In this document: piece by piece, positions 47,752 to 58,046 of the stretch | Position numbering within the stretch: the first letter of the stretch is position 1 | Layout: the number at the start of each line of letters is the position of its first letter | Origin: an uncultured Spirochaetia bacterium | Lineage (GTDB): Bacteria; Desulfobacterota_D; UBA1144; Nemesobacterales; CSP1-2 | Assembly: GCA_964636885.1 (NCBI GenBank) | Contig: CAZWVA010000002.1 | Span: 22,050 to 86,049, forward strand | Length of the DNA stretch: 64,000 nt | Direction of reading: 5' to 3' | The notes under the pieces: model-generated | Databases searched by the model: none | Told to the model about the DNA's origin: nothing | Seen by the model: the letters and a program-made list of their open reading frames with translations, nothing else | Position numbers and translations under genes: made by a program

Positions 47752-48408
47752 ATGCGGATCTTAAAACACCTATTGGATAACAACAGGGCGTGGGCTCAAA
47801 AGATGAAGGCCCAGAGGCCTGATTTCTTTGAGAGGCTTTCAAAACAGCAGGCACCCGAATACATGTGGATCGGCTGTTCGGATAGTCGCCTTCCTCCCAA
47901 CGATATTACGGGGCTTCTTCCAGGTGAGCTTTTCGTGCATCGCAACGTGGGAAACGTGGTCGTACATACGGATTTCAATTGCCTATCCGTGATGGAATAC
48001 GCCGTAGCGGAGTTAAGGGTAAAGCATATCATAGTGTGTGGACACTACGGGTGTGGTGGAGTGAATGCCGCTCTTAAAAACCTTGAACTGGGGTTGATTG
48101 ACAACTGGTTGCGTCACATCCGGGATGTCTATTTTAAACACGAGGCTCGTTTAACAATGATGGAAGATGAGTCAAAGAGATGGGATAAGCTATGTGAACT
48201 CAACGTGGTCGAGCAGGTATATAACGTGTGTAATACGACCATAGTGCAGAGCGCATGGAAGAGGGGACAGGAACTTGCCGTGCACGGCTGGATATACAGG
48301 CTTATAGACGGACTTTTGCATGACCTGGGTATCTGCATCATAAAACCGGAAGAGGTTCTGCCCATGTATGACGAGGCGATAGAGGGTCTTTTCATTTTGA
48401 AAGAATGA
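47752..48408 (+). CDS. Beta-class carbonic anhydrase.
   Basis: 'CSDSRLPP' and 'HYGCGGV' zinc-ligand motifs. Confidence 0.9.
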   Translation: MRILKHLLDNNRAWAQKMKAQRPDFFERLSKQQAPEYMWIGCSDSRLPPNDITGLLPGELFVHRNVGNVVVHTDFNCLSVMEYAVAELRVKHIIVCGHYGCGGVNAALKNLELGLIDNWLRHIRDVYFKHEARLTMMEDESKRWDKLCELNVVEQVYNVCNTTIVQSAWKRGQELAVHGWIYRLIDGLLHDLGICIIKPEEVLPMYDEAIEGLFILKE

Positions 48409-49078
48409 TTTCCGCGCTCTTTTTACCGCAATTAAGCAACATATCCAGTGTGGATAGATTGTATATAAAATCCCCCCAGAGCTGAGGATACACGGGAGGA
48501 TGGAAACTGGAAAACTCGATTCGGATTCCCGATTGGCTGAGTAGTGGGAGGTCTAGGTGTTTCTCCACTATCGGAAAGGTCATATAGGTATCGGCCTTCA
48601 GGTGCTTACATGTATTGATGATCAATTCCGTACCCTTTCCCGTGACCCCGAGTTCAGACTGTAGGTAGAGTTTGGTTTTAATAGCAAGGGCATCCCAGAA
48701 GAACCTTATTATACCCATATTGAGTTCGATAAGAAGGCGGTTCCCCTCCCCGTAGATGGATTCCAGGATTGGGAAGTATTCCCTAAGATAAGGGGCGTTG
48801 GCATAGCTTTGACGGATGGTTTGGAGATGCTTTTTTCGCCAGTCCCTTTCATCGCATATCTCGACATTACGGATTATCTGAAGCCCTCGCCTTTTTTTCC
48901 AGACGGGTACTGTGAGCCACAACTCCCCTCTTTCGTTTTTGATGCGGTTTCTATTAACCCAGCCACGGCCCTGAGGGAACTGCACGTCATCGAGTAGAAC
49001 CATGCAGTCGGCCTTCATGGCCTTAAAGAAGAACCCCGGCCAGGGTAGGAAGATGGGCTGGTGTGTGGTGACTATCAT
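48392..49078 (-). CDS. WbqC-like family protein.
   Basis: N-terminus 'TTHQPIFLPWPGFFFKAMKADCMVLLDDVQF', typical of PF08889 WbqC-like proteins. Confidence 0.7.
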   Translation of the reverse strand: MIVTTHQPIFLPWPGFFFKAMKADCMVLLDDVQFPQGRGWVNRNRIKNERGELWLTVPVWKKRRGLQIIRNVEICDERDWRKKHLQTIRQSYANAPYLREYFPILESIYGEGNRLLIELNMGIIRFFWDALAIKTKLYLQSELGVTGKGTELIINTCKHLKADTYMTFPIVEKHLDLPLLSQSGIRIEFSSFHPPVYPQLWGDFIYNLSTLDMLLNCGKKSAEIILSK

Positions 49079-49269
49079 GGTCTACTCTATCGAAGTAGCC
49101 ATTCCTACCTATATTCTATTACAGGAAGTGAATGTATTAAAATGGTGTCTGTAATTCACCCGGCTATTGAATTGGGGATAGGGCTTAAGTATACTGCTTC
49201 ACATTCCGTGAACCATAAAGCGGGTATCCATCCTCCGACGATTAGCGATCATAGAGGACTAGGCATACT

Positions 49270-50034
49270 ATGATAAGCGGATTTGAATTCGCCCTTGTCG
49301 GATTGTCTTCCGTAGCGGCGGGTATCGTGAATGCGCTTGCTGGTGGTGGTACGCTAATCACGTTTCCTACACTTATAGCCGTGGGGGTTCCTGCTGTCGC
49401 CGCAAACATCACAAATACGGTTGCCCTTTGCCCAGGTTACCTGGGGGCTACACTCGCCCAGTCAAACGACCTAAGGGGGCAGAGGGGGCGTCTTTTTCTA
49501 TCCCTTCCGGTCGCCATAATCGGTGGGGTCATAGGGGGTATCCTGCTCCTCAAAACAGGTGAGCGGATTTTTCGCACCCTTGTGCCCTTTCTCATTCTGC
49601 TTGCCTCGGCTCTCATCGCGGTTCAGGACCCACTGCGAGTATGGGTCATTCGCCGCTCCGGACAAATGGGGTCAACGACCGCATCCGAAAGATGGGCGGT
49701 ACTCCCACTCGGTATAGCGGCGATCTATGGGGGCTACTTCGGCGCCGGCCTCAGCGTGATCATGCTCGCTCTGCTTGGACTGATGCTCGAAGACTCCATA
49801 ACCCGGCTCAATGCCCTGAAGCAGACCGTATCGCTCAGCGTTAATGTCGCCGCTGCTGTCTTCTTCGTATTTTCGGGGCAGGTCGTGTGGCTGGCGGCTA
49901 TTGTGATGGCTGTGGGAGCGCTTATAGGAGGGGCACTGGGCGGTCGCCTTGCGGGTCGCATCAAACCGGGTATATTGCGCTGGATCGTGGTGACGATAGG
50001 GGTTGTGGTAGCCCTAATCTACATGGTGCGTTAG
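49270..50034 (+). CDS. TauE/SafE-family (sulfite exporter-like) membrane protein.
   Basis: Seven to eight transmembrane segments with duplicated 'GGGTLITFP' / '[12 protein letters not shown]' motifs. Confidence 0.8.
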   Translation: MISGFEFALVGLSSVAAGIVNALAGGGTLITFPTLIAVGVPAVAANITNTVALCPGYLGATLAQSNDLRGQRGRLFLSLPVAIIGGVIGGILLLKTGERIFRTLVPFLILLASALIAVQDPLRVWVIRRSGQMGSTTASERWAVLPLGIAAIYGGYFGAGLSVIMLALLGLMLEDSITRLNALKQTVSLSVNVAAAVFFVFSGQVVWLAAIVMAVGALIGGALGGRLAGRIKPGILRWIVVTIGVVVALIYMVR

Positions 50035-50226
50035 AGGTGTCGTTATCTCTTTTTGAGACGTATTACGTTTAAATGGGGTTCACTATGAAGGAGGGTTCGC
50101 CCCAGAAATGTAAATAATTGACAAATTTTGTAATGATCGAAATACCTTAAGATAATATAACATATAATAAACACTAAATAAAATAGTTAAAATTTTTGGC
50201 ATGGGGTTTGCCTATCATGGGCACAT

Positions 50227-52059
50227 TTGATAAAAGAAACCCATTGCGCAGCCATGTCTAATGCCGAGGTAGTTGTCCTTGAAAATGAGATCGTTGAAGA
50301 CGGTTTTTATGATCCACTAACCGGATTCCCTAAAAGATCTATATTTTCTGAACACTTAGGGTGTAGTATCGAAAGGAGGAAACAGCACGACGATTATTCG
50401 TTTGCGGTGCTTTATCTCGATCTCGATCAGTTTAAATCCATAAACGATAAGCTTGGGGATAGGGTAAGCGATCTAATTCTAGTCGAGGTTGCCCGTAAGA
50501 TTAAGCGGTGCCTTCGTTCCGAGGACAAGGTTGCACGGGTTGGTCAAGATGAGTTTACGGTTCTACTTGACGACATTAAGGATTTTAGTGATGCGGCGCG
50601 TATAGCCGAGCGGATCCAAAAGTCACTCGAGAATCCCTTTAAGGTGGGTGGTCGTGAGTATCTTATAAGTGTGAGTATAGGCATTGCGATTAGTGAGAAG
50701 GGTCAAGACGATCCTACGGATTTAATACAGAAGGCCGAGATAGCGAAGAACCGCGCTAAATCTCGTGGTAAGGCACGACACGAGATGTTTAATTCCAATA
50801 CTCAAGCGGCTTCTAATGGGCTTATAAGATTGGAGAGTGCGCTCTGGCAGGCGTTGGAGCGTCAGGATTTTAGGGTTTATTATCAGCCTATCGTATCTCT
50901 TGAAACCGGAAGGATTATCGGAGCCGAAGCTCTAGTGCGCTGGCAACATCCGGACCGTGGCCTCCTTCCGCCTTCGGATTTCATCTCACTGGCAGAGGAG
51001 ACCGGATTGATAGTACCCATAAATGAATGGGTATTACGGACTGCCTGTATTCAGAGTAAGGAATGGCAAATCCCCGGTCATCCGCAACTCCATGTTGCGG
51101 TTAATTTTACGGCACGCCAGTTTCAACAGCCCGATCTGACGGGATTAATCAGGAAGGTGCTAAGGGAGACCGATACTCCTCCCCAAGCCCTTGAATTGGA
51201 AATAACCGAGAGTACGGCTATAAAAAACATCAATAACAGCGTTAGATTGCTTAAAGAATTAAGATCTATGGGATTGCAGATCTCCATAGATGATTTTGGT
51301 ACTGGCTACTCTTCGATGAGCTACCTGAAAGACTTTCCGGTTAACACGTTAAAGATCGACCGGTCTTTTGTCAGAGACATAGGGTGCAATGATAACGACC
51401 TAACCCTTATAAAAACGATCATATCTATGGCACACACGCTAAAGTTGAATGTTATAGCGGAGGGTGTAGAAACGGAAGATCAAATCGCCTTCCTGCTCTC
51501 GCATCATTGCGACCGGATCCAGGGGTTTCTGTTCAGCAGGCCTGTCCCCGCTGAGGAGTTTACAAAACTGATTAAGAGGGAGTATAAGCTCTCCTCCGAG
51601 ACACTAAAGAGGGCAAAAGCAGGCTGGAGGAAGAGGTTTTTAGGAGAGTTACTTCTAGAGTCGGGCTTCATAGATTCGGAAAAACTCGGCCGCGCTTTGA
51701 GGGAAAAAAATACCAGCAACGAAAAATTGGGTCAGATCCTCATGAGGTTCGGGTATATAAACGAGGATATCCTTGTAAAGTTTCTGGCAAAACAGCGCGG
51801 TTTTGAAGGTGTTAACCTATTCAAGATAGAAATAGACAAGAGTGTGGTTAATCTGATTCCCAGGGACGTCGCCGAAAAATACAAGGTTCTGCCGATTTGT
51901 TTTAAAATGGAAGGAGGAATGAAAAAGCTAGTTGTGGCTATGGCCAATCCCTCAGACTTGGGAGCGATCGACACTCTGGGATTCATAACCGGTCATGTTA
52001 TAGAACCCGTTTTTGCTAGAGAAGAGCAATTTACATGGATTATAAGGTACTTCTATTAG
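50227..52059 (+). CDS. Tri-domain c-di-GMP protein: GGDEF-like (degenerate GQDEF), EAL, and a C-terminal MshEN (T2SS-E N-terminal-like) c-di-GMP-binding domain.
   Basis: GGDEF region has 'RVGQDEF' in place of RxGGDEF. EAL domain has 'EALVRW', 'DDFGTGYSS' and other catalytic residues. The C-terminal about 130 aa, 'LGELLLESGFIDSEKLGRALREK...LGQILMRFGYINEDILVKFLAKQ', match the MshEN/T2SSE_N fold. Confidence 0.7.
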   Translation: MIKETHCAAMSNAEVVVLENEIVEDGFYDPLTGFPKRSIFSEHLGCSIERRKQHDDYSFAVLYLDLDQFKSINDKLGDRVSDLILVEVARKIKRCLRSEDKVARVGQDEFTVLLDDIKDFSDAARIAERIQKSLENPFKVGGREYLISVSIGIAISEKGQDDPTDLIQKAEIAKNRAKSRGKARHEMFNSNTQAASNGLIRLESALWQALERQDFRVYYQPIVSLETGRIIGAEALVRWQHPDRGLLPPSDFISLAEETGLIVPINEWVLRTACIQSKEWQIPGHPQLHVAVNFTARQFQQPDLTGLIRKVLRETDTPPQALELEITESTAIKNINNSVRLLKELRSMGLQISIDDFGTGYSSMSYLKDFPVNTLKIDRSFVRDIGCNDNDLTLIKTIISMAHTLKLNVIAEGVETEDQIAFLLSHHCDRIQGFLFSRPVPAEEFTKLIKREYKLSSETLKRAKAGWRKRFLGELLLESGFIDSEKLGRALREKNTSNEKLGQILMRFGYINEDILVKFLAKQRGFEGVNLFKIEIDKSVVNLIPRDVAEKYKVLPICFKMEGGMKKLVVAMANPSDLGAIDTLGFITGHVIEPVFAREEQFTWIIRYFY

Positions 52060-52174
52060 GTGTTTTAAGGTTTTAATAAAGCCATCTGATGAAAAACCAA
52101 TAAACTAGGGAAAAGGCAAGCAACAGGGTCGTGCCTCGAATGCATTGATTTTAAGACGAAATGATTGACCCATA

Positions 52175-53686
52175 TCACGCTTCCTTCGAGTAGTATCTGT
52201 ACCAGTCACTCTGGAACCGCCCTTCCGGGTCGTATTTCTCTTTCAACATGAGAAATTCTGCAAACCGCGGATAACAGGATTTGAGTTGCTCTGGGGTTGC
52301 GAACCTGTGGTTCGTGAGGTAATAACTCCCTCCACGTCGAATAGTCATGTCTATGAGTCGACGGAAGGTCTGACGTGAGTGCTCTATCCCTTGGGGGCTG
52401 TGTACGGTGTGTATGTGAAAGCTCACCCGTGCCCAAGGCCGTCTTGCATAGGTCAAGAAACCCTCATCGTCCTGCTCAATTACCCCTATGTCTCCAAAGA
52501 TCAAGTCCACGTTATTTTTAAGGAAATCCTTTCGTACCTCGTCCAAGAAATCCACGAGCGACTCCCGTGGAACGTATACCTCGGTTGGGATATCGGATGC
52601 CTGAGGGCCTCCGAGCATTCGATCGAGTTGGTGGTGGTAACCCTTGAGATAAACGCCCATCTGATGCGTGTCGGACCAATAGAGTCTGCCTGATGTAGAG
52701 AGGTAGTGGTCTCTTATTCTCTGGAAGTAAAGTTCCTTGTCCGCATGGGCCAGGTATCTGAGTTTTATCCACTCCTCATTAGAGGGCTGGTTTGGATAGT
52801 CGGGCACCGATCTTGCCGTATCCACGGGGCGGTGGCAGACGAGGATCCCCTTTCGGAGAAAATCCTCCGATCGGGTGTTGGCGGAGTAGAGAAATGTACC
52901 GTACAAAGAACCATCCGAGACGCGCTTATCAAAGGCCTCTATCAGATCCTCCACGCCTATAACCTCGACGATTCTCTCCACCTTTTGCCGTGGCACCAGG
53001 CGAAGCGTGACGGAGTAGATGACCCCAAACAAACCGTATCCCCCTATGGCGAGCCGAAAGAGTTCGGCGTTTTCCTTTCGACTGCACCTGTGCTCCTTCC
53101 CATCCGCATCAATGATAACAAAGGATTCGATATCCCGGATGATGGGCTTCATCTTTAGTCCCTGGCCGTGTATGTTGGAGGCGAGGCTTCCTCCGATAGA
53201 CAGCCAATCGGCTGACTGTTTTTGGGCGATTCCCCACCTTTTCGCCTCGCCTTCCTGAGCCCCAATTAGATAGCCGATAAGGAGCGGCCACTGGATTCCG
53301 GCTTCGACTTCGATGGTGCCCTCTTTGGGATCGAAACCGATCACACGGCTAAGGGCGGTCATATCGATCAGTACCCCGCCTGTTGCAAACTGCTGTGCCC
53401 CCATGGCATGCCTGGCGCCCGCGATGGAGATCACCTTCCCCTCTCGACCCGCGCTTCTAATGACCTCTCGGATTGCATCTATGGAATCCGGGTAAACGAT
53501 CCGGTCTACGAGGGTTGGGTTGAGTTCCGTATGGACATCGTTTACCAATAGGCCTTTGGTTTCTGTAGTCGTCGCCCTGGGTTTTTCGGTTTGACGTGCA
53601 AAACCGATAGTCCATACCGTAAGCCCGGAGGCTCCCCAAATAGCCCTCAAGAAGTCCCTTCGGTTCAATTCAGCCCTCCGCTTCAT
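52175..53686 (-). CDS. FAD-linked oxidase (PCMH-type FAD-binding, vanillyl-alcohol/gulonolactone oxidase superfamily) with a twin-arginine signal.
   Basis: N-terminus 'NRRDFLRAIWGASGL' (TAT motif). FAD-binding domain (ISIAGARHAMGAQQF). A C-terminal oxidase domain. Confidence 0.7.
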   Translation of the reverse strand: MKRRAELNRRDFLRAIWGASGLTVWTIGFARQTEKPRATTTETKGLLVNDVHTELNPTLVDRIVYPDSIDAIREVIRSAGREGKVISIAGARHAMGAQQFATGGVLIDMTALSRVIGFDPKEGTIEVEAGIQWPLLIGYLIGAQEGEAKRWGIAQKQSADWLSIGGSLASNIHGQGLKMKPIIRDIESFVIIDADGKEHRCSRKENAELFRLAIGGYGLFGVIYSVTLRLVPRQKVERIVEVIGVEDLIEAFDKRVSDGSLYGTFLYSANTRSEDFLRKGILVCHRPVDTARSVPDYPNQPSNEEWIKLRYLAHADKELYFQRIRDHYLSTSGRLYWSDTHQMGVYLKGYHHQLDRMLGGPQASDIPTEVYVPRESLVDFLDEVRKDFLKNNVDLIFGDIGVIEQDDEGFLTYARRPWARVSFHIHTVHSPQGIEHSRQTFRRLIDMTIRRGGSYYLTNHRFATPEQLKSCYPRFAEFLMLKEKYDPEGRFQSDWYRYYSKEA

Positions 53687-53730
53687 TCCCGGTATTGAAC
53701 TCGTAATGAAAAACGGTTTATTGTGCCCGT

Positions 53731-54144
53731 TTATCTACCGTGTTCTTCATACGGAATGTCTTTGAGTTCGATTATATAACCGTGTATCTCGTTGCTCCCT
53801 ATGTTCTCTACCGTGTGCTTTACCGGTCCTACCCAGATCGCTTCCCCCTGTTTTCCCTCCACCTCCACGGCCTTACCGTCTGGATTTGTGATCTTGACCT
53901 TGGTTGGGGTAAGCTCTATGTGTACGGTGGCCGGATGCGTGTGCATCGCCTGTTTATCTCCCGGTTTCATCCTGAACTCTAGAACACGCACGTGCTCGTT
54001 TTCAAGAAGCACCTTAAACTGCTCCGGCGCCACCTGCACTACATCCTGGGCCAATGCCGATTTGGTGATAAAGAGAAGTATAAGCGTGGCTAAAACGCGT
54101 ATGGTAAGATAGGTTGGGTTTCTCATAACTAGTGTCCTCCCCAC
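53731..54144 (-). CDS. Secreted cupin-domain protein.
   Basis: Signal peptide (LATLILLFITKSALA). Cupin motif 'PGDKQAMHTHPATVHI'. Confidence 0.65.
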   Translation of the reverse strand: MGRTLVMRNPTYLTIRVLATLILLFITKSALAQDVVQVAPEQFKVLLENEHVRVLEFRMKPGDKQAMHTHPATVHIELTPTKVKITNPDGKAVEVEGKQGEAIWVGPVKHTVENIGSNEIHGYIIELKDIPYEEHGR

Positions 54145-54493
54145 TTTGTTTGGTTCGAGTGTATGTCACATTTCGGCTATAATCGTTATATCATAAAGCC
54201 TATTCCTCCGCAATTTATGGGGCATCGATAAAGGCTAAACGTGGGTAGTTGTGTTTCTGATGATATCTTTTTATTGATTCAACTGTTAATAAGAACCGGA
54301 TAAGGGGAGCGGCTTAATTTGAATTATTTCTGAGCTTTGGTTTAAGGGTGGAGACCAGGTATGCAGGCGATTGTTCTAAGGAGGTCGGGTGTTTCCCTTT
54401 GATGGAGTCCCCGAAGTGCATAGGTTTATAGAATCTCGGAAAAGTACTGGTAAGGTTTTATTGAGACTATATGGTTAACTACGGGAGGTAAAG

Positions 54494-54985
54494 ATGAGCG
54501 AATCTCATAAGTCACAGTATTTGCTCCGGGCTGAGGATATAGAGGAAAAGAAGGTAAGCTTTTCTCATCCCTGGAACCCAAAATCGCATATAGTAGGGGT
54601 TCGACTCGGTCCTGAGGTGGGACTTAAGCGGATAGGGGTGAATGTGGCTACGATACCACCAGGAAAGGAATCATTCGTCTATCACTTCCATTATCGAGAT
54701 GAGGAGTGGATATACATTCTATCCGGTAAGGGTATAGCCGAGATAGACGGGAGGGAATATGAGGTTAAAGCCGGTGATTTTATGGGATTTTCTACCCCAC
54801 AGGTTGCACATCACCTGAGAAATGAAGGCGAAGAAGACTTGGTTTATCTGATGGGCGGAGAGAATAATGAGGTTGAAATTGTCGACTTCCCAAAACTCGG
54901 AAAGAGGATGTTTCGATTGGGGGACAAGGTAGAGGTTTACGAAATCTCCGATGCAAAGGGATTCGGGCCAATGGGAAAGAAATGA
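54494..54985 (+). CDS. Cupin-domain protein.
   Basis: Cupin motifs 'PPGKESFVYHFHYRDEEWIYILSGKG' and 'GDFMGF'. Confidence 0.65.
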   Translation: MSESHKSQYLLRAEDIEEKKVSFSHPWNPKSHIVGVRLGPEVGLKRIGVNVATIPPGKESFVYHFHYRDEEWIYILSGKGIAEIDGREYEVKAGDFMGFSTPQVAHHLRNEGEEDLVYLMGGENNEVEIVDFPKLGKRMFRLGDKVEVYEISDAKGFGPMGKK

Positions 54986-55005
54986 AATGAATACCTGAAG
55001 TTACA

Positions 55006-55377
55006 ATGGACAGGGAGAGATTCGAAGGGATAGTAGAAAGAGCCTATTATAGGATCCCCGAGGGATTCAAGGAGAAGATGGAAAACGTCGTCATAACGAT
55101 TGAGGATTTCCCCACTCAAGAGGACTTGGAACGGCTTAGGATCGGGGATAAAAGATCCCTCCTCGGATTCTACAGTGGTATTCCACTTCCAAAGAGGAGC
55201 GTTTGGCATGTCGTACGGTTCCCGGACAGAATCGTTCTCTTTCAGAAGAACATAGAGAGGGTATGCGGAAGCGAAAAGGAGGTTGAAGAGAGGGTCTACG
55301 AGATCCTATTACACGAGATAGGGCACTATTTTGGGCTTTCTGATAGGGAGATATACGGGCTTATGGGTGAGGATTAA
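55006..55377 (+). CDS. Metallopeptidase-family protein (minimal zincin, HExxH).
   Basis: C-terminal 'LLHEIGHYFGLSDREI' zinc-binding motif. Confidence 0.65.
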   Translation: MDRERFEGIVERAYYRIPEGFKEKMENVVITIEDFPTQEDLERLRIGDKRSLLGFYSGIPLPKRSVWHVVRFPDRIVLFQKNIERVCGSEKEVEERVYEILLHEIGHYFGLSDREIYGLMGED

Positions 55378-55386
55378 AGCCGGCTT

Positions 55387-55830
55387 CTATTTTCTTTTCT
55401 TTATAAGACCCTCTATCGTAGAGACTGCCTTCTTTAGTTGATCCATCCATTTTTCCTGAATCCTCCGAGAATTCTGTATGTACTCTGTAACCTTATCGGG
55501 TAAGCTGATGTCGGAGAGCATCTTGTTGGCTTCTTCCGCCAGTTTCTTTTGCTCTTCTATCATCTCACGCATCAGGCTCTCTATCGTTTCAACGATGTTT
55601 TGCACCCACGCTTCCTGAAATCTTTTAAATTCGCCTGTGAGTTTTTGCTGGTATTCCAGAATGGGCTTTGTCATCTTCTCCGTTCTTTGCTGATAATCGA
55701 GAAGGGGCCTTACCATCTTTTCCATTCGCTTAGGATAATCAAGTAGCGGTTTGGCGAGCCTCTCCAACTCCCTCCTCTGCCTTTCTAGGATCCTCATGAA
55801 CTCGCTAGACGGTTCCTTCTTTTTTGCCAT
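55387..55830 (-). CDS. Hypothetical helical protein with three tandem 14-aa repeats (phasin-like?).
   Basis: Repeats AKPLLDYPKRMEKM / VRPLLDYQQRTEKM / TKPILEYQQKLTGE. Highly charged. Start assumed at the Met of MAKKKEPS. The ORF track extends to 55890. Confidence 0.5.
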   Translation of the reverse strand: MAKKKEPSSEFMRILERQRRELERLAKPLLDYPKRMEKMVRPLLDYQQRTEKMTKPILEYQQKLTGEFKRFQEAWVQNIVETIESLMREMIEEQKKLAEEANKMLSDISLPDKVTEYIQNSRRIQEKWMDQLKKAVSTIEGLIKKRK

Positions 55831-56102
55831 GTCACTCACCCCCTTTTGTATTTTATACCTAAGAACAGAAACCCAAACTCCATCCCTCATTATTATCGCA
55901 CGATCGGTTCTGTTAAATCAAGTAGAGACGGGTAGACTCTCTGAAAACCAGACCGCTCGAATTCTCAACGGAAAGGAGTGGGGAGACCAAATTATTAACC
56001 TATAGACCGATTGCCTAACCGTTTAGGATAGTGGTAGTAAGGGCTGTGAGGGAAAGGAGGGAAAAGAAGACACCTTCTTTTCCCTCCTTATCGTTTACTT
56101 AT

Positions 56103-56831
56103 TTATAGAGTAGGTTTGCTTTCTTCATTAAACTTGAAGAAGATCCTTGCTCCTGGCATGGCTCCCGGTTTTACCGGAATAAACTGGGCCCTTCTATTCA
56201 GCTGATAGGCATCCTCCGTGGTCCCAGCGGCAAACTTCGATGTTTCACCTATCCCCTTGGCCTCTATCCTGCTGGGGTCGATTCCAAGCTTGACCAGGTA
56301 CGCCTTTGCCGCATCGGCTCTTCTCTGCGCGAGCCTTAGGTTATACTGTGGAGTACCCCTTAGGTCTGCATACCCTTCTATTACAACCTTAACGTCAGGG
56401 TTGTTCTTTAGAACCTCGGCGTTCTGCTGAAGAACTGGTTCTGCATCCGGTCTTATATTGTATTTATCAAAATCAAAGAATATATCGTTTAGAGCTACTC
56501 CCTCCATGGTTGGTCCCGGTGGAGGTGGAACCTCTGCCTTCTGGCACTTCGCCTTGGCTTCGTCGGCCTTTGCCTTTGCATCTATAAGAAGCCTGCGGGC
56601 CTCTAATTCACTGCAAAACTCACCGGCAAGGGCCTTTCCCCTATTCAGTGCGCTTTCTGCAGCCGCACATTCCTCAGGTGCACAAGACGGGCATCCCGCT
56701 TCCTTAGCCGCCGCAACCGCTGCCTCAGCATCAGCGAGCTCCTGTGTTGGAGGGGGAGTTGCACAACCTACGAGATAAAGCAACGCTAAAAACATAACGG
56801 GAAAAACCAGTAGAAGTTTATCCCTTTTCAT
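56103..56831 (-). CDS. pal: Peptidoglycan-associated lipoprotein (OmpA-family, Pal-like).
   Basis: Lipobox 'LLYLVGC'. C-terminal OmpA domain (NLRLAQRRADAAKAYL). Internal Cys-rich and Ala-rich helical segment. Confidence 0.8.
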   Translation of the reverse strand: MKRDKLLLVFPVMFLALLYLVGCATPPPTQELADAEAAVAAAKEAGCPSCAPEECAAAESALNRGKALAGEFCSELEARRLLIDAKAKADEAKAKCQKAEVPPPPGPTMEGVALNDIFFDFDKYNIRPDAEPVLQQNAEVLKNNPDVKVVIEGYADLRGTPQYNLRLAQRRADAAKAYLVKLGIDPSRIEAKGIGETSKFAAGTTEDAYQLNRRAQFIPVKPGAMPGARIFFKFNEESKPTL

Positions 56832-56877
56832 TTTACTGTACCTCCTTTAAGATTATTTACTCTCTATAATAATATTT

Positions 56878-57603
56878 TTAACGCCTTACTGCAAGCTCCC
56901 TTAGTTTTTCCCTTGCTATCCTGGCCTCATCGGATTTTGGGTATTTATCGATCAATGTCTGGAGAAAGAGCTTTGCTTCTTCGTTCCTCCCTATGTTTAT
57001 AAGAGAAAGACCCTGTTTCAGGTATGATAGTGGCACCCTCTCATCCCTTGGATATGTATCGATAAACCTCTGAAATTCCAGGATAGCCTCCTCGAACTTC
57101 CCTTCCCTATAATAAGACTCTGCTATCCAGTATTGAGCATCGTCTGCCTGTGCCGAATTCGGGTAACTGCTGAGAAACAACTTAAATCGATCCCTTGCTC
57201 CCTTGTAATCCCCTTCGGTGAGCTTCTGATAGCCATCGTTAAACATACGGGGTTCCGGTTGAGGAGAACCCTGCTCACCCCCTGTAACGCCTCCCGGTTG
57301 AGGGGCGGGAGGAACGGAGGAAACCGTCCTTCTTTCTAGATTATCCACCCTCGTACTCAATTCCGAATAGGACTGTTGCAGGTTTGCTAGGTTCTCTTGG
57401 ATCTGTGCTATCTGTTGCTCATTGCTTCCCATTTCCTTTGACTGTTTCTTGAGCGATTCAACGTCTTGATATATGCGCTCTACCCTTGCCTCAAGCCGGG
57501 TTTGTCTCGCATATATCCCTCTTACGTCATCCGTTGTGGCAACACATCCATAAAACATCAGATTAAAGACACACAAAGCAAGGATAACCGATTTAAATCT
57601 CAT
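56878..57603 (-). CDS. ybgF: Tol-Pal system protein YbgF/CpoB-like (coiled coil plus TPR).
   Basis: Signal peptide. N-terminal coiled coil (QQIAQIQENLANLQQSYSELSTRVDNLE). C-terminal TPR repeats (AQYWIAESYYREGKFEEAI...). Adjacent to pal. Confidence 0.7.
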   Translation of the reverse strand: MRFKSVILALCVFNLMFYGCVATTDDVRGIYARQTRLEARVERIYQDVESLKKQSKEMGSNEQQIAQIQENLANLQQSYSELSTRVDNLERRTVSSVPPAPQPGGVTGGEQGSPQPEPRMFNDGYQKLTEGDYKGARDRFKLFLSSYPNSAQADDAQYWIAESYYREGKFEEAILEFQRFIDTYPRDERVPLSYLKQGLSLINIGRNEEAKLFLQTLIDKYPKSDEARIAREKLRELAVRR

Positions 57604-57966
57604 TTGTTCTACCTAGAAACTCTAGAAGACAAGGGTAAGCGATAGTCAGAATTACCGCCCCAAAGGCCTCTTCGCTTTTCATAAGATGTGACCTTTCCTC
57701 CTGTCGCTCCTTCTCAGTGCTATCCGTTTGTGACTTGAGATTCCTTGAACCCTCACTCCATCAGATTCTTACCTCATTTTGCCCTTCAAGTCAAGAGATC
57801 TCTTGCCGATTTTTGTAAAAATCAACGTGGAGTTAATTGGGTTTTGGTTACACGACTTCTATATTAAGCTATAGACAGTCTTACAATTAACTGGTAGTCT
57901 TTTATTCCACTTTTGTTATATGGTCTACTATTCCCCAAGATCTCCTCAAGGTACCTTGGTCTAAAT

Positions 57967-57995
57967 TTGACATCCGCCCGATTCCCAGTTAATTT
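57967..57995 (+). promoter_or_regulatory. Candidate sigma70 promoter of the rrf2-suf operon.
   Basis: TTGACA, a 17-bp spacer, then TAATTT. About 50 nt upstream of the rrf2 start. Confidence 0.45.
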
Positions 57996-58046
57996 AAACA
58001 TTGTGGATGCAAAAAGTCCATAATATAGAGACGGGAATAAAGGGGC

